A DNA stretch of 64,000 nucleotides from Candidatus Eiseniibacteriota bacterium. GTDB lineage: Bacteria; Joyebacterota; Joyebacteria; Joyebacterales; Joyebacteraceae. Position 1 is the first letter of the stretch. Each line of letters begins with the position of its first letter. Below are positions 18,021 to 26,969 of the stretch, piece after piece. Under the pieces are notes generated by a model. It saw only the letters and a program-made list of their open reading frames with translations, did no database searches and was not told the origin of the DNA. Made by a program: the position numbers and the translations under genes. The DNA lies in the NCBI GenBank assembly GCA_030609365.1, contig JAUWCJ010000001.1, forward strand, positions 1,266 to 65,265, in the 5' to 3' direction.

Positions 18021-19964
18021 CTACTGAACGGGTTCGTCCTCCGAACGTCCGCCCATGTGCTTCGCCAGGAACCTCTCCGCGTCACCATAGAACCTAAGCC
18101 TGTTCTCAGGCTTGGCAAACCCGTGCCCCTCATCCTCGAAGACGATGTACCCGACCTCGAGGCCGTTGGCCTTCATAGCCTCGACGAACTGGTCGGACTC
18201 CGCCTGCACGACGCGCACGTCGTTGGCGCCCTGCGCGACGAGCATGGGGATCTTCACCTGGTCGACGCTGAACAGAGGTGAACGTGATCTCAGGAATTCC
18301 TCTTCCGTCCTCGGGTCGCCCACCCGCTTGTACATCATCTCGATCATCGTGCTCCAGTAGGGCGGGATCGTTTCGAGGAAGCTGATGAGATTGCTGGGCC
18401 CCATCATCGGAATGGCACAGCAGAAGAGGTCGGGCGTGAAGGTCGCGCCGGCGAGCGCCGCGTAACCACCGTACGATGCGCCGTAGATGGCGATGCGCTC
18501 GGGATCGGCGATGCCCTTGTCGATGGCCCAGTTGACGGCGTCGGTGAGGTCGTTCTGCATCGTGCCGCCCCACTCTTTGTCACCGGCGTTCAGGAACTCC
18601 TTGCCGTAGCCCGTCGAGCCGCGGAAGTTCACCTGCAGGCAGACGTAGCCACGGTTCGCCAGCCACTGCGCCTCGGGGTTGTAACCCCAGTTATCTCTGG
18701 CCCAGGGACCGCCGTGAACGTTCAGGACCAGCGGTAAATTCCGCCGCGCCACGCCCGAAGGATAGGTGATGTAGCCGTGGATGGTGAGTCCGTCGCGCGA
18801 CGTGAACGAGATGGGCTCGATGGGCACCAAGTTGTAGCCCTCGAGGTCCGGCTTGTGCACGAAGAGGAACGTGCCCTCCTTCGTGTTGCGGTCGTAGCTG
18901 TAGAACGGCACCGGGCCGTCGTCCTTGCTGAAAGCCACGATCCAGGTGTCGTAGTCGTTGTCGTAGCTCGTGATACTGAAGTCGCCGCTGTCCAGCTTCT
19001 CTATCGCCGCGAAGTCGTCCGCGACGGCGTCGTCCAGGATCTTCCACTCGTTCTTGGCCTTCGTGAACGCCACGGCCTCTATCTCGTAGGTGTCCGGATT
19101 GACCATGACGTCGCTGACGTCGTAGATCGGGTCCTCGGCCATGATCGTAAGCTCGCGCGTCTCGAGGTCCAGCCTGACGAGACGGCCCGTGTTGGCGTTT
19201 CGCGAGTCGATCATGTACAGCGATCCGCCGTCCTTGGTGAAGGCGAGCGGACTGCTGACCATGTTGTCCTCGTCGCCCCACGTGATGAGCGTCTCCCACG
19301 TAGCGGCGGCGGGATCCTCACGATAGAGCAGCTTGGTGTCGCCCGTCGGTCCCATAGCGAGCGCCCCACGAACGTCGAGGTTGAAGTCCGTGATCCATCC
19401 GAGGATGTTCCCGGGGTTCCTGGCCACGAGTGTGAGTTCGCCCGTGTCCAGCTCGAGACGGTAGACGTCGTGAAGGCGAGGGTCCTGTTGGTTCATCGAG
19501 ATGACCATCGTGTTCGGGTGGTGCTTGCTGTAGTCCAGGACTCGGACCTGCACGCCCTCGAAGGGCGTGAGCTCGCTGACCTCCCCGCTCTCAATGTTCA
19601 CGGAGTAGAGAAGCCAGTTCTCGTCGCCGCCGGCGTCCTGTAGATAGATGATGTGGTTGCTGTCCTGAGCCCAGAAGAAACGGAACACACCGCGGTTGTC
19701 GTCGTGCGTCACCGCGCGGTCGTCGTCCTCGCCTATGGTCTTGACCCAGACGTTGAGCACGTCATCGACGGGAGCGATGTATGACATCAGCTCGCCGCTC
19801 GGAGATATCCTCGCGCGGGCTCTCTCGGGGTTGCCAAAGAGGATGGTGCGGGGAATCAACTCCACATCACCGCCGCCACCGCACGACGTCAACAAGACGG
19901 CGGCGCCGACGAGAATCACGGCGGCAAGAACAACTGCCACGGGTCCTACGTGCTTCTTGTTCAT
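18021..19964 (-). CDS. S9 family serine peptidase (prolyl oligopeptidase/dipeptidyl-peptidase type), secreted
   Basis: Signal peptide MNKKHVGPVAVVLAAVILVGAAVLLTSC, an N-terminal beta-propeller region and a C-terminal alpha/beta hydrolase with nucleophile elbow GASYGGY. Asp and His regions follow (..VAQGANDVRV.., ..EDEGHGF..). Confidence 0.85.
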   Translation of the reverse strand: MNKKHVGPVAVVLAAVILVGAAVLLTSCGGGGDVELIPRTILFGNPERARARISPSGELMSYIAPVDDVLNVWVKTIGEDDDRAVTHDDNRGVFRFFWAQDSNHIIYLQDAGGDENWLLYSVNIESGEVSELTPFEGVQVRVLDYSKHHPNTMVISMNQQDPRLHDVYRLELDTGELTLVARNPGNILGWITDFNLDVRGALAMGPTGDTKLLYREDPAAATWETLITWGDEDNMVSSPLAFTKDGGSLYMIDSRNANTGRLVRLDLETRELTIMAEDPIYDVSDVMVNPDTYEIEAVAFTKAKNEWKILDDAVADDFAAIEKLDSGDFSITSYDNDYDTWIVAFSKDDGPVPFYSYDRNTKEGTFLFVHKPDLEGYNLVPIEPISFTSRDGLTIHGYITYPSGVARRNLPLVLNVHGGPWARDNWGYNPEAQWLANRGYVCLQVNFRGSTGYGKEFLNAGDKEWGGTMQNDLTDAVNWAIDKGIADPERIAIYGASYGGYAALAGATFTPDLFCCAIPMMGPSNLISFLETIPPYWSTMIEMMYKRVGDPRTEEEFLRSRSPLFSVDQVKIPMLVAQGANDVRVVQAESDQFVEAMKANGLEVGYIVFEDEGHGFAKPENRLRFYGDAERFLAKHMGGRSEDEPVQ

Positions 19965-20007
19965 CTTCCCTCCCTGCAGCTAAACATGGGTTCTAAGGAC
20001 CGACCGC

Positions 20008-20694
20008 TCAGGACCTGCCGTTCATCCGAGCGGCGACCTCATCCGCTTCAGTTCCGTGGTCGAAGTAGCTCGACAGTCTTTGTCTCAAGAACAGACGCGC
20101 CCGGTGAAGCCTCGACTTCACCGCGGGGATGGAGAGCCCCAGCGCGTCAGCGGTGTCGTTCGTCGAGAGACCGTGCACGTCTCGCATGAGGAAGACGATG
20201 CGGTTGTCCGGGTCGAGCTCGTTGACGTGCCGCACGAGCACGTCGGAGAGCTCGTTGTTCATCACATCAGCGCGGGGATCGTTCGTCCAGTCGGCCAGGT
20301 CCCTGCTGACGTCGCCCTCTTCCAGCTCTACGGGCTGATCCAGGGAAACGGTGTCCAGCTTCTTCTTGCGGAGCCTCATCAGGCTTTCGTTGTAGGCGAT
20401 CCGGTACAGCCACGTTGAGAAACGCGCCTCCTCGCGGAACCCCGGCAGTGCCTTGAACGCCTTGATGAATACTTCCTGAAGGCAGTCCTCGGCGTCCTCC
20501 TGGTTCCCGAGCATCTTGAGACACAGCCCGTAGATCTTGGCCTCGTTCCGCTCCACGAGTTCCCCGAACGCGTCGGCGTCTCCCGCCTTGGCGCTCCGGA
20601 CCAGTTCGTTGTCGGAAGGAAGCTTCTGGGCCGTCATGTCGGCTCCCGAAGACGTGACCGAGTAAAGGAACGTCCGGCTACCACCGGCGGTCAT
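20008..20694 (-). CDS. RNA polymerase ECF-type sigma-70 factor
   Basis: Region 2 (..FGELVERNEAKIYGLCLKMLGN..DCLQEVFIKAFKALPGF..FSTWLYRIAYNESL..) and region 4 (..VHGLSTNDTADALGLSIPAVKSRLHRARLFLR..). Confidence 0.85.
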   Translation of the reverse strand: MTAGGSRTFLYSVTSSGADMTAQKLPSDNELVRSAKAGDADAFGELVERNEAKIYGLCLKMLGNQEDAEDCLQEVFIKAFKALPGFREEARFSTWLYRIAYNESLMRLRKKKLDTVSLDQPVELEEGDVSRDLADWTNDPRADVMNNELSDVLVRHVNELDPDNRIVFLMRDVHGLSTNDTADALGLSIPAVKSRLHRARLFLRQRLSSYFDHGTEADEVAARMNGRS

Positions 20695-20703
20695 GGCCGG
20701 TGG

Positions 20704-21183
20704 TCAGTACCAGTCTCCGCCGATCGCGCGCGTTCCGAACTCCTCGCGCGCGATCTGGGCAACGAGTCGGGGCACCGCGTCTGCAACGACGTCCGACTCG
20801 ATCGTGTCTCCCGGGCTCTCGCCGAGCTCTATCGCGTAGATGGATATCTCCAGCGGGATACCGATATCCTTTGCGCCCTCCAGGTGGACGGTCGCGCTGT
20901 ACTCCGTGTCGCCACGACCCTGGGCTCGAGGAACGAGATCCAGATCGGACAGCCCCAGCTTCCTCAGTTCCCCGACGTCGCCTTCGCCGTTCCTGATGCA
21001 GTCCACGACCACGACCTTGTGATAGCCGGCCGCGATCTCGAAGAGGTCCATCGCCGTGTCGTACGCCTCAACGATATCGACATCCGGATCCGCGAGCATG
21101 GTGTACAGACCGCGCGCCACCTCCAGCCCGACGCGCTGGCCCACGAACCCCTGACTACCAAGCCCCAGGATGAGAGTTCTCAT
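20704..21183 (-). CDS. Hydrogenase maturation protease homolog (HybD/HycI/FrhD family, peptidase A31-like)
   Basis: It aligns by eye with E. coli HybD: MRTLILGLGSQGFVGQRVGLEVARGL vs MRILVLGVGNILLTDEAIGVRIVEAL. The conserved Asp (VVVVDCI) and His (ATVHLEG) are present, but the first metal ligand Glu is Gln. There is no hydrogenase large subunit in the window. Confidence 0.55.
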   Translation of the reverse strand: MRTLILGLGSQGFVGQRVGLEVARGLYTMLADPDVDIVEAYDTAMDLFEIAAGYHKVVVVDCIRNGEGDVGELRKLGLSDLDLVPRAQGRGDTEYSATVHLEGAKDIGIPLEISIYAIELGESPGDTIESDVVADAVPRLVAQIAREEFGTRAIGGDWY

Positions 21184-21232
21184 CGTCCTCCGCCCCTACC
21201 TTGTGACACGCCGGCCTACTACCGCCGGTTGC

Positions 21233-22861
21233 CTACGCCAGAAGTTCTATCTTTCTCTCTACCGTCGCGGCGCGTCTGTACTCCGGCAGCAACATCGGCG
21301 AGACATTCGTCGGCTCGACGCCCGCCGCTTTCAGAGCCGCATGGTAGTTCTTCAGATGATCGAGACCGAGGCCACCAGCGGTCTTGATGCCCGCCGCCTG
21401 GGCCGCGGCAGCCACTCCGGCCCGCCGCCCAAAGACTACCACGTCCAGGAGCGAGTTGCCCATGAGCCGGTTAGTGCCGTGTATGCCGCCCGCGACCTCG
21501 CCGGCCGCATAGAGGCCGGGAACGGGCGTTTCGCACCGCTCGTTGATCTCGAGGCCACCGTTCTGGTAATGCTGCGTCGGGTAGATGAGAATCGGGTGCT
21601 TCGCCATGTCGATCCCGAACCGCTCGTACTGGCGGTACATCGCCGGGACGCGCGCCTTGACGGCGCCCTCGCCGAGCTTCTTCTCAATGACGACGGTGTC
21701 CAGCCACACGGCGGGCTGACCGGACGGCGTGACAACGCCCTTCTTTCGTCCCAGGCACTCGCGAATGACGGCCGCCGCCTCGACGTCTCTGGTCTCCAGC
21801 TCGTAGACGAACCGGTCGCCTTCCGTGTTCGTGATCTGACCACCGATGCTCCGGACCTTCTCGGTCACAAGAAGACCGAGGATCTGCTCGGGATAGGCCG
21901 CGCCCGTCGGGTGGTACTGGATCGTGTCGAGGTACTGGAGGGGTGCGCCCACCCGATAGCCAAGCACGAGCCCGTCGGCCGTGGCGCCGTAGTGATTCGA
22001 GGTCGGAAAGCCCATGACGTGAAGCCGCCCACCACCGCCGGTAGCCAGGATCGTTGTCTTCGCCCTGACGATGAGATACTCCTGCGTCTCCATATTGTAG
22101 AGGACCGCGCCCGTCACTCTGTCGCCGTCGGTCAGAAGCTCGTAGACGGCGGCGAACTCCACCAGCGGGACGTCACGGTTGAGCATCTCGTCCTTGAGTG
22201 TCTTCATTATCTCACCACCCGTGAAGTCGCGCGCGGCGTGCATCCTCTTTCTGGAGGTGCCTCCGCCGTGGATGGTGATCATGGTGCCGTCGCTCTCCTT
22301 GTCGAACATCACGCCGAGCTTCTCGAGCCAGGCGAGCGCTTCGGGAGCGTCCATGACGAGCGCCTTCGCCAACTCGGGGTCGTTCTTGTAGTGCCCGCCG
22401 CCCAGAACGTCGAGGTAGTGGATCGCGGGGGAATCGTTGGGCTTGTCGGCACCCTGGATGCCGCCCTGCGCCATGACGGTGTTGGAATCGCCCAGGCGCA
22501 GCTTAGTGACCACAAGCACGTTGGCGCCCTGCTCCTGCGCCACGAGCGCCGCGGCCGCACCGGCGCCGCCGCCACCCACGATCAGAACGTCCACGTCGAA
22601 GTCGACCTTCGAGAGATCGAACCCGTCCGGATCCAGCCCGCTGTAGGCCTCGAAGACCCTGGCGTACTCGGTGGGCGTGCGCTCGCCCTTTGACGGACCG
22701 ACTCTCAGCTCACTGAAGACCTCATCCTTGTAGTCCGGATGGAAGCCCTCGAGGAGTTCCTGCTTGGCGTCAGCGGAGAGAAGCGGGAACTCCTCGTCCA
22801 GCCTCCGCTCGCGCGTCGCTTCGACACGCTTGATCAGCTCGAGCAATTCCGGTGTGTACAA
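21233..22861 (-). CDS. Succinate dehydrogenase/fumarate reductase flavoprotein-subunit-like (SdhA/FrdA/TfrA family)
   Basis: N-terminal FAD fold VDVLIVGGGGAGAAAALVAQEQGANV, FAD-binding/capping domain motifs (..HYGATADG.., ..RLMGNSLLD..), ~540 aa. It is adjacent to an Fe-S subunit gene. Confidence 0.8.
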   Translation of the reverse strand: MYTPELLELIKRVEATRERRLDEEFPLLSADAKQELLEGFHPDYKDEVFSELRVGPSKGERTPTEYARVFEAYSGLDPDGFDLSKVDFDVDVLIVGGGGAGAAAALVAQEQGANVLVVTKLRLGDSNTVMAQGGIQGADKPNDSPAIHYLDVLGGGHYKNDPELAKALVMDAPEALAWLEKLGVMFDKESDGTMITIHGGGTSRKRMHAARDFTGGEIMKTLKDEMLNRDVPLVEFAAVYELLTDGDRVTGAVLYNMETQEYLIVRAKTTILATGGGGRLHVMGFPTSNHYGATADGLVLGYRVGAPLQYLDTIQYHPTGAAYPEQILGLLVTEKVRSIGGQITNTEGDRFVYELETRDVEAAAVIRECLGRKKGVVTPSGQPAVWLDTVVIEKKLGEGAVKARVPAMYRQYERFGIDMAKHPILIYPTQHYQNGGLEINERCETPVPGLYAAGEVAGGIHGTNRLMGNSLLDVVVFGRRAGVAAAAQAAGIKTAGGLGLDHLKNYHAALKAAGVEPTNVSPMLLPEYRRAATVERKIELLA

Positions 22862-22871
22862 CTCGTGCCCC

Positions 22872-23555
22872 CTAGCCTCTCGGCTCCATGTCTCGGTTGT
22901 TGTAGAGCTCGGCCAGGTCGGCCTGCTTCATCTTCGTCAACTTGTCCATCTCATCGTTGAACGTGCCGTCCGCCATCTCCTTGAGCCGGTCCTTCAGGTG
23001 CGGCGCCTCGGCGGCTACGTGACGCGAGTAGAGCCTGCGGCACAGAAGCGCGACCTGATACTGCACGATCTCCGCGGGACATCTCGAAGCGCAGAGCCCG
23101 CAGAGGATGCAGTCGAAGGAGAGGTCGGCGGCCTTTGCGATGTCGCCCCTGAGCGCGGCCTGGATGTACTCCATGACCTCGATGTCCTGAGGACAGGCCT
23201 TCGTGCACGTGTTGCAGGAGAGACAGCGGAAGACCTCCGGGTAGAGCGAGAGTATCGCATCGGCGGTCGGTTTCAGGTCCTCGATGTCGTAGGTCGCCTT
23301 GTTGCCCGGGAAGAACGGGATCTCGGCGAGGTACATCTCGTCCTGCACGACCTCCTGACAGGCGAGGCCGACCTTGAGACGGTAGTCGTCCTTTGTTCGG
23401 TAGACGGTTCCGCAGGCGCCGCAGAACGCTCCCCTGCACCCGCAGCCCCTCACGAACCGGTAGCCCGCGTACTCCATGGCCTTCATGATGGTGAGGTCGC
23501 CGGGGACCTCGTAAGGCTTGCCCATCACGTAGATGGTCACCATCTGTTCTGCCAT
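22872..23555 (-). CDS. Succinate dehydrogenase/fumarate reductase iron-sulfur-subunit-like (2Fe-2S + two 4Fe-4S motifs)
   Basis: C-x4-C-x2-C (CRGAFCGAC) 2Fe-2S motif plus two CxxCxxCxxxCP motifs (CLSCNTCTKACP, CILCGLCASRCP). Confidence 0.75.
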   Translation of the reverse strand: MAEQMVTIYVMGKPYEVPGDLTIMKAMEYAGYRFVRGCGCRGAFCGACGTVYRTKDDYRLKVGLACQEVVQDEMYLAEIPFFPGNKATYDIEDLKPTADAILSLYPEVFRCLSCNTCTKACPQDIEVMEYIQAALRGDIAKAADLSFDCILCGLCASRCPAEIVQYQVALLCRRLYSRHVAAEAPHLKDRLKEMADGTFNDEMDKLTKMKQADLAELYNNRDMEPRG

Positions 23556-23641
23556 CGTAGCTTCTCCCCCTTGTTTCCAGTCGGGACGTGGTCGCCGTCC
23601 GCGGACCGGCCGCCCGAGCCTTCGGGAACCGACCGTGTAGT

Positions 23642-24067
23642 CTAGGCGACCTTCTCCTGTTCCTTCAAGCCGAGCTCCAGAGACCCGAGCTCCTTGATCG
23701 TATCGACGAAATCGGACATCACGTGGACCAGCTTCTCTCCCTCGGCAGCGGAGATCCAGTCGAGCTGCAGACGCTCAGGATCTATGCCCACGTCCTCAAG
23801 CGTGCGCTTGAGGAACTGAACGCGGCGCATGGTCTTGTGGTTCCCCTCCTCGTAGTGACAGTCGCCGGGATGGCAGCCGCCGACGAGCACGCCGTCGGCA
23901 CCTTCCCGAAACGCCCAGAGGACGTGCTGAGGGTCGATGCGCCCCGTGCAGTTGACTCGCACGACCACGCCGTTCGGCGGGTACTGTTTCCGCGAGGTGC
24001 CGGCGAGGTCCGCGCCGGCGTACGTGCACCACTTGCAGAAGAAACAGACGATTCTCGGTTCGAACAT
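23642..24067 (-). CDS. mvhD: Methyl-viologen-reducing hydrogenase delta-subunit-like protein (MvhD)
   Basis: Motifs CFFCKWCTYAGAD, ..VNCTGRIDP.. and GADGVLVGGCHPGDCHYEEGN match the MvhD family. Its start lies 1 nt after the HdrA stop. Confidence 0.8.
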   Translation of the reverse strand: MFEPRIVCFFCKWCTYAGADLAGTSRKQYPPNGVVVRVNCTGRIDPQHVLWAFREGADGVLVGGCHPGDCHYEEGNHKTMRRVQFLKRTLEDVGIDPERLQLDWISAAEGEKLVHVMSDFVDTIKELGSLELGLKEQEKVA

Positions 24068-24068
24068 G

Positions 24069-26033
24069 TCAGACCTCCAGAGCGGCCGAGACCATTTTGT
24101 AGAGTTGCTCGTCCGTCAGGTTCTTCTGCTGAGCAGAGCCGGACGGGCAGGCGGCGATACACGCTCCGCAGCCCTCGCAGATCGCTTCCTTGATGCGTGC
24201 GACTTTCTTCTCGTCATCGAATTCCGCCGCGTCGTATGGACAGACCGAGATGCACACACGGCACCCGGCGCACGTGTCCTCGTCGATCACGGCGATAACC
24301 GGCTCGCGGTGGTACTCGGTCTCCGCGAAGAGAGCGGCGACCTTGCTCGCGGCGGCCGACGCCTGCGCGACGGACTCCGGAATGTCCTTGGGCCCCTGGG
24401 CCGAGCCCGCGAGATAGAACCCCGGTGTGAGGCTCTCTACGGGCCGAAGCTTCGGGTGCGCCTCGGACAGGAAGCCCCACTCGTCCGTGTGGATCTTGAG
24501 CATGCTGGCGAGCTTCGCGGCGGCCTCGTTCGGAACGGTGGCCAGGCCGAGCACGGCCATGTCAGCCGCGATCTCGATCTTCCTGCCGGAGAGTGTGTCG
24601 ACTCCCCAAACCATGACACGCCCGTCCTCCTCGAAGATCTTCGAGACCTTGCCGCGGATGTAGAGGACGTCGTCCTCCTCGGCCGCGCGGGTGTAGAATT
24701 CCTCGTAGCCCTTTCCGCCCGTCCGGACGTCCATGTAGAAGACGTACGCCTGGCCGTCGTGGACCTTGTGCCTATAGAGCATGGCGTGCTTCGTGAGATA
24801 CATGCAGCAGATCTTGGAGCAGTACGGCAGGTGGTTTTCGGTGTCCCTCGAGCCGCAGCAGGTCAGGAACACGACCTCGGAAGGTACTTCGCCGTCGGAG
24901 GGTCGCAGGACTTCTCCTCCGGTCGGGCCGGACGCCGAGAGCATCCTCTCGAACTGGAGGCTTGTGATGACGTCGGCGTACTTCCCGCCACCGTACTCGC
25001 CCAGGTTCTCAATCGGGTAGAGATCGTAGCCTGTGGCAACAATGATGGCCCCGACCTCCTCCTCAATGAACTCGTCCTTCTGCTCGTAGTCGATGCAGTC
25101 GAGAGGACAGACCTTCGCGCAGATACCGCATTTCCCGTCCTTGAGGAAGTAGGTGCAGTGCTCGGCATCGAGGACCGGTTTGTTCGGCACCGCCTGCGGG
25201 AAGGGAGTGTAGATGGCCTTGCGGTCGGCCAGCTGTTCGTCGAACTCGGACGGCGTCTTGGCCGGGCACTTCTCCACGCACAGACCGCAACCGGTGCAGA
25301 CGTCGCGATTGACGTAGGCGGCCTTCTTCCTGATCTTGACCTTGAAGTTGCCGACGTAGCCGCTGACGTCGTCAACCTCCGAGTAGGTCATGAGCCTAAT
25401 CTTCGGGTGCTGCGCGACCTCGACCATCTTGGGGGTCATGATGCACTGCGAACAGTCGAGCGTCGGGAAGGTCTCGGAGAGCTGCGCCATGTGGCCGCCG
25501 ATGGACGCCGACTTCTCGACGAGAATGACCTCGTGCCCCGCGTTGGCAACGTCGAGCGCCGCCTGGATCCCCGCAATGCCGCCACCCACCACCAGAGCCC
25601 GGGGGGTCATGGGTACTGATATGGGCTCGAGCGCTTCGTCGAGCCGGGCCTTCTCTATCATCACCTTGATGGTTCTGATGGCCTTGCTTGTCGCCGCTTC
25701 CTTGTCGCCCTGATGCACCCAGCTGCACTGCTCGCGGATGTTGGCGATCTCGACCTGATACTGGTTCATCCCCGCCGTCATCCCCGCCCGCCTGAACGTC
25801 GCCTCGTGAAGGGTCGGCGAACACGCCGCCACGATCACGCCGGTCAGGTTGTGCTTCTTGATGGCATCCTTCACCAGGTTCTGACCGGGATCGGAGCACA
25901 TGTAGGTGTAGTCGGTGGAGTAGGCCACTCCCGGATAGTCGGCCAGCTCCTCCGCCACACGCTTGACGTCCACCACGCCGGCGATGTTGGTCCCGCAGTG
26001 GCAAACGAAGACCCCAATGCGTTCTTCCATCAC
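24069..26033 (-). CDS. hdrA: Heterodisulfide reductase subunit A (HdrA, FAD/Fe-S)
   Basis: N-terminal GVFVCHCGTNIAG signature, a FAD-binding GxGxxG (VVGGGIAGIQAAL), multiple CxxCxxCxxxCP ferredoxin motifs, 654 aa. Confidence 0.85.
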   Translation of the reverse strand: MMEERIGVFVCHCGTNIAGVVDVKRVAEELADYPGVAYSTDYTYMCSDPGQNLVKDAIKKHNLTGVIVAACSPTLHEATFRRAGMTAGMNQYQVEIANIREQCSWVHQGDKEAATSKAIRTIKVMIEKARLDEALEPISVPMTPRALVVGGGIAGIQAALDVANAGHEVILVEKSASIGGHMAQLSETFPTLDCSQCIMTPKMVEVAQHPKIRLMTYSEVDDVSGYVGNFKVKIRKKAAYVNRDVCTGCGLCVEKCPAKTPSEFDEQLADRKAIYTPFPQAVPNKPVLDAEHCTYFLKDGKCGICAKVCPLDCIDYEQKDEFIEEEVGAIIVATGYDLYPIENLGEYGGGKYADVITSLQFERMLSASGPTGGEVLRPSDGEVPSEVVFLTCCGSRDTENHLPYCSKICCMYLTKHAMLYRHKVHDGQAYVFYMDVRTGGKGYEEFYTRAAEEDDVLYIRGKVSKIFEEDGRVMVWGVDTLSGRKIEIAADMAVLGLATVPNEAAAKLASMLKIHTDEWGFLSEAHPKLRPVESLTPGFYLAGSAQGPKDIPESVAQASAAASKVAALFAETEYHREPVIAVIDEDTCAGCRVCISVCPYDAAEFDDEKKVARIKEAICEGCGACIAACPSGSAQQKNLTDEQLYKMVSAALEV

Positions 26034-26039
26034 GCCTCC

Positions 26040-26966
26040 CTAAAACAGACTCTTCTCCGCCAGAACGGGTAGCGGGTCCACGGAGTTGTCAGTGAAGTCC
26101 AGGTGCTTCTTGTCAATGCCCAGTGCAATCCCCAGAAGCTGTGTGAAGTAGACCACCGGGACACGACTGAACCCCTTGACGCGCTCGGCCATCTTCTCCT
26201 GATGCCTGTCGAGATTATAGCGGCAGAGCGGGCAGGTCGTGACGATGATGTCGGCGTTGCGTTTGAGCGCGGAGACGACGACGTTCTGTGAGCATGACAC
26301 TGCCAGCTCCTCGTCGTTGACGACCTGGAACCCCCCGCAGCACTCTGTCTTCATCGGGAAATCGACCGCTTCGCATCCGAGCGTCTCGAGGAATTCCTCG
26401 AAGATCGTGGGCTGCTCGGGGTCGTCGAACTTCATCTCGTTCTTGGGGCGAAGCAACATGCACCCGTAGTAGGGCGCCACCTTGAGACCTTCGAGCTTCT
26501 TCGTCACGGCGGAGGCGACTTTGTCGTAGCCGACCACATCGCGCAGCATCTCGATGTAGTGGAGAACCTCCACCTGCCCCTCGTAGTCCTCGTGCGTGTA
26601 GCTCTCTACCTTCTTGCGCGCCTCGGTGTCCGCGCGGAGAAACAGGTTAGTCTTGTCCCTCTTGTCCTCGTCGTCGCGCATCACGTTGTTGCAGCGCTTG
26701 AGAACGTTGTAGCAGAAGGAGCACAGCGTGACGACCTTGTCGCCTAGCCGGGACGCGTAGGACAGGTTCCTTACCCCTGCCAGGACGTCCATCACGCTGT
26801 CGGTCACGAGCGGGTACACGGCGCCGCAGCAGGTCCAGATGGCGAGTTCCTCGAGCTCGACGCCCAGGGCCAAAGCACATTCTCTTGCGGATGTGTCGAA
26901 GTCTCGTGCCCTCTCGTGAAGCGTACAGCCCGGGTAGTACGGGATCTTCATCTCTTTCTCCGGCAC
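26040..26966 (-). CDS. hdrB: Heterodisulfide reductase subunit B-like (two CCG domains)
   Basis: Two Cys-rich CCG-domain signatures: YYPGCTL..WTCCGAVY and YYGCMLLRP..TECCGGF. Confidence 0.8.
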   Translation of the reverse strand: MPEKEMKIPYYPGCTLHERARDFDTSARECALALGVELEELAIWTCCGAVYPLVTDSVMDVLAGVRNLSYASRLGDKVVTLCSFCYNVLKRCNNVMRDDEDKRDKTNLFLRADTEARKKVESYTHEDYEGQVEVLHYIEMLRDVVGYDKVASAVTKKLEGLKVAPYYGCMLLRPKNEMKFDDPEQPTIFEEFLETLGCEAVDFPMKTECCGGFQVVNDEELAVSCSQNVVVSALKRNADIIVTTCPLCRYNLDRHQEKMAERVKGFSRVPVVYFTQLLGIALGIDKKHLDFTDNSVDPLPVLAEKSLF

Positions 26967-26969
26967 GGT

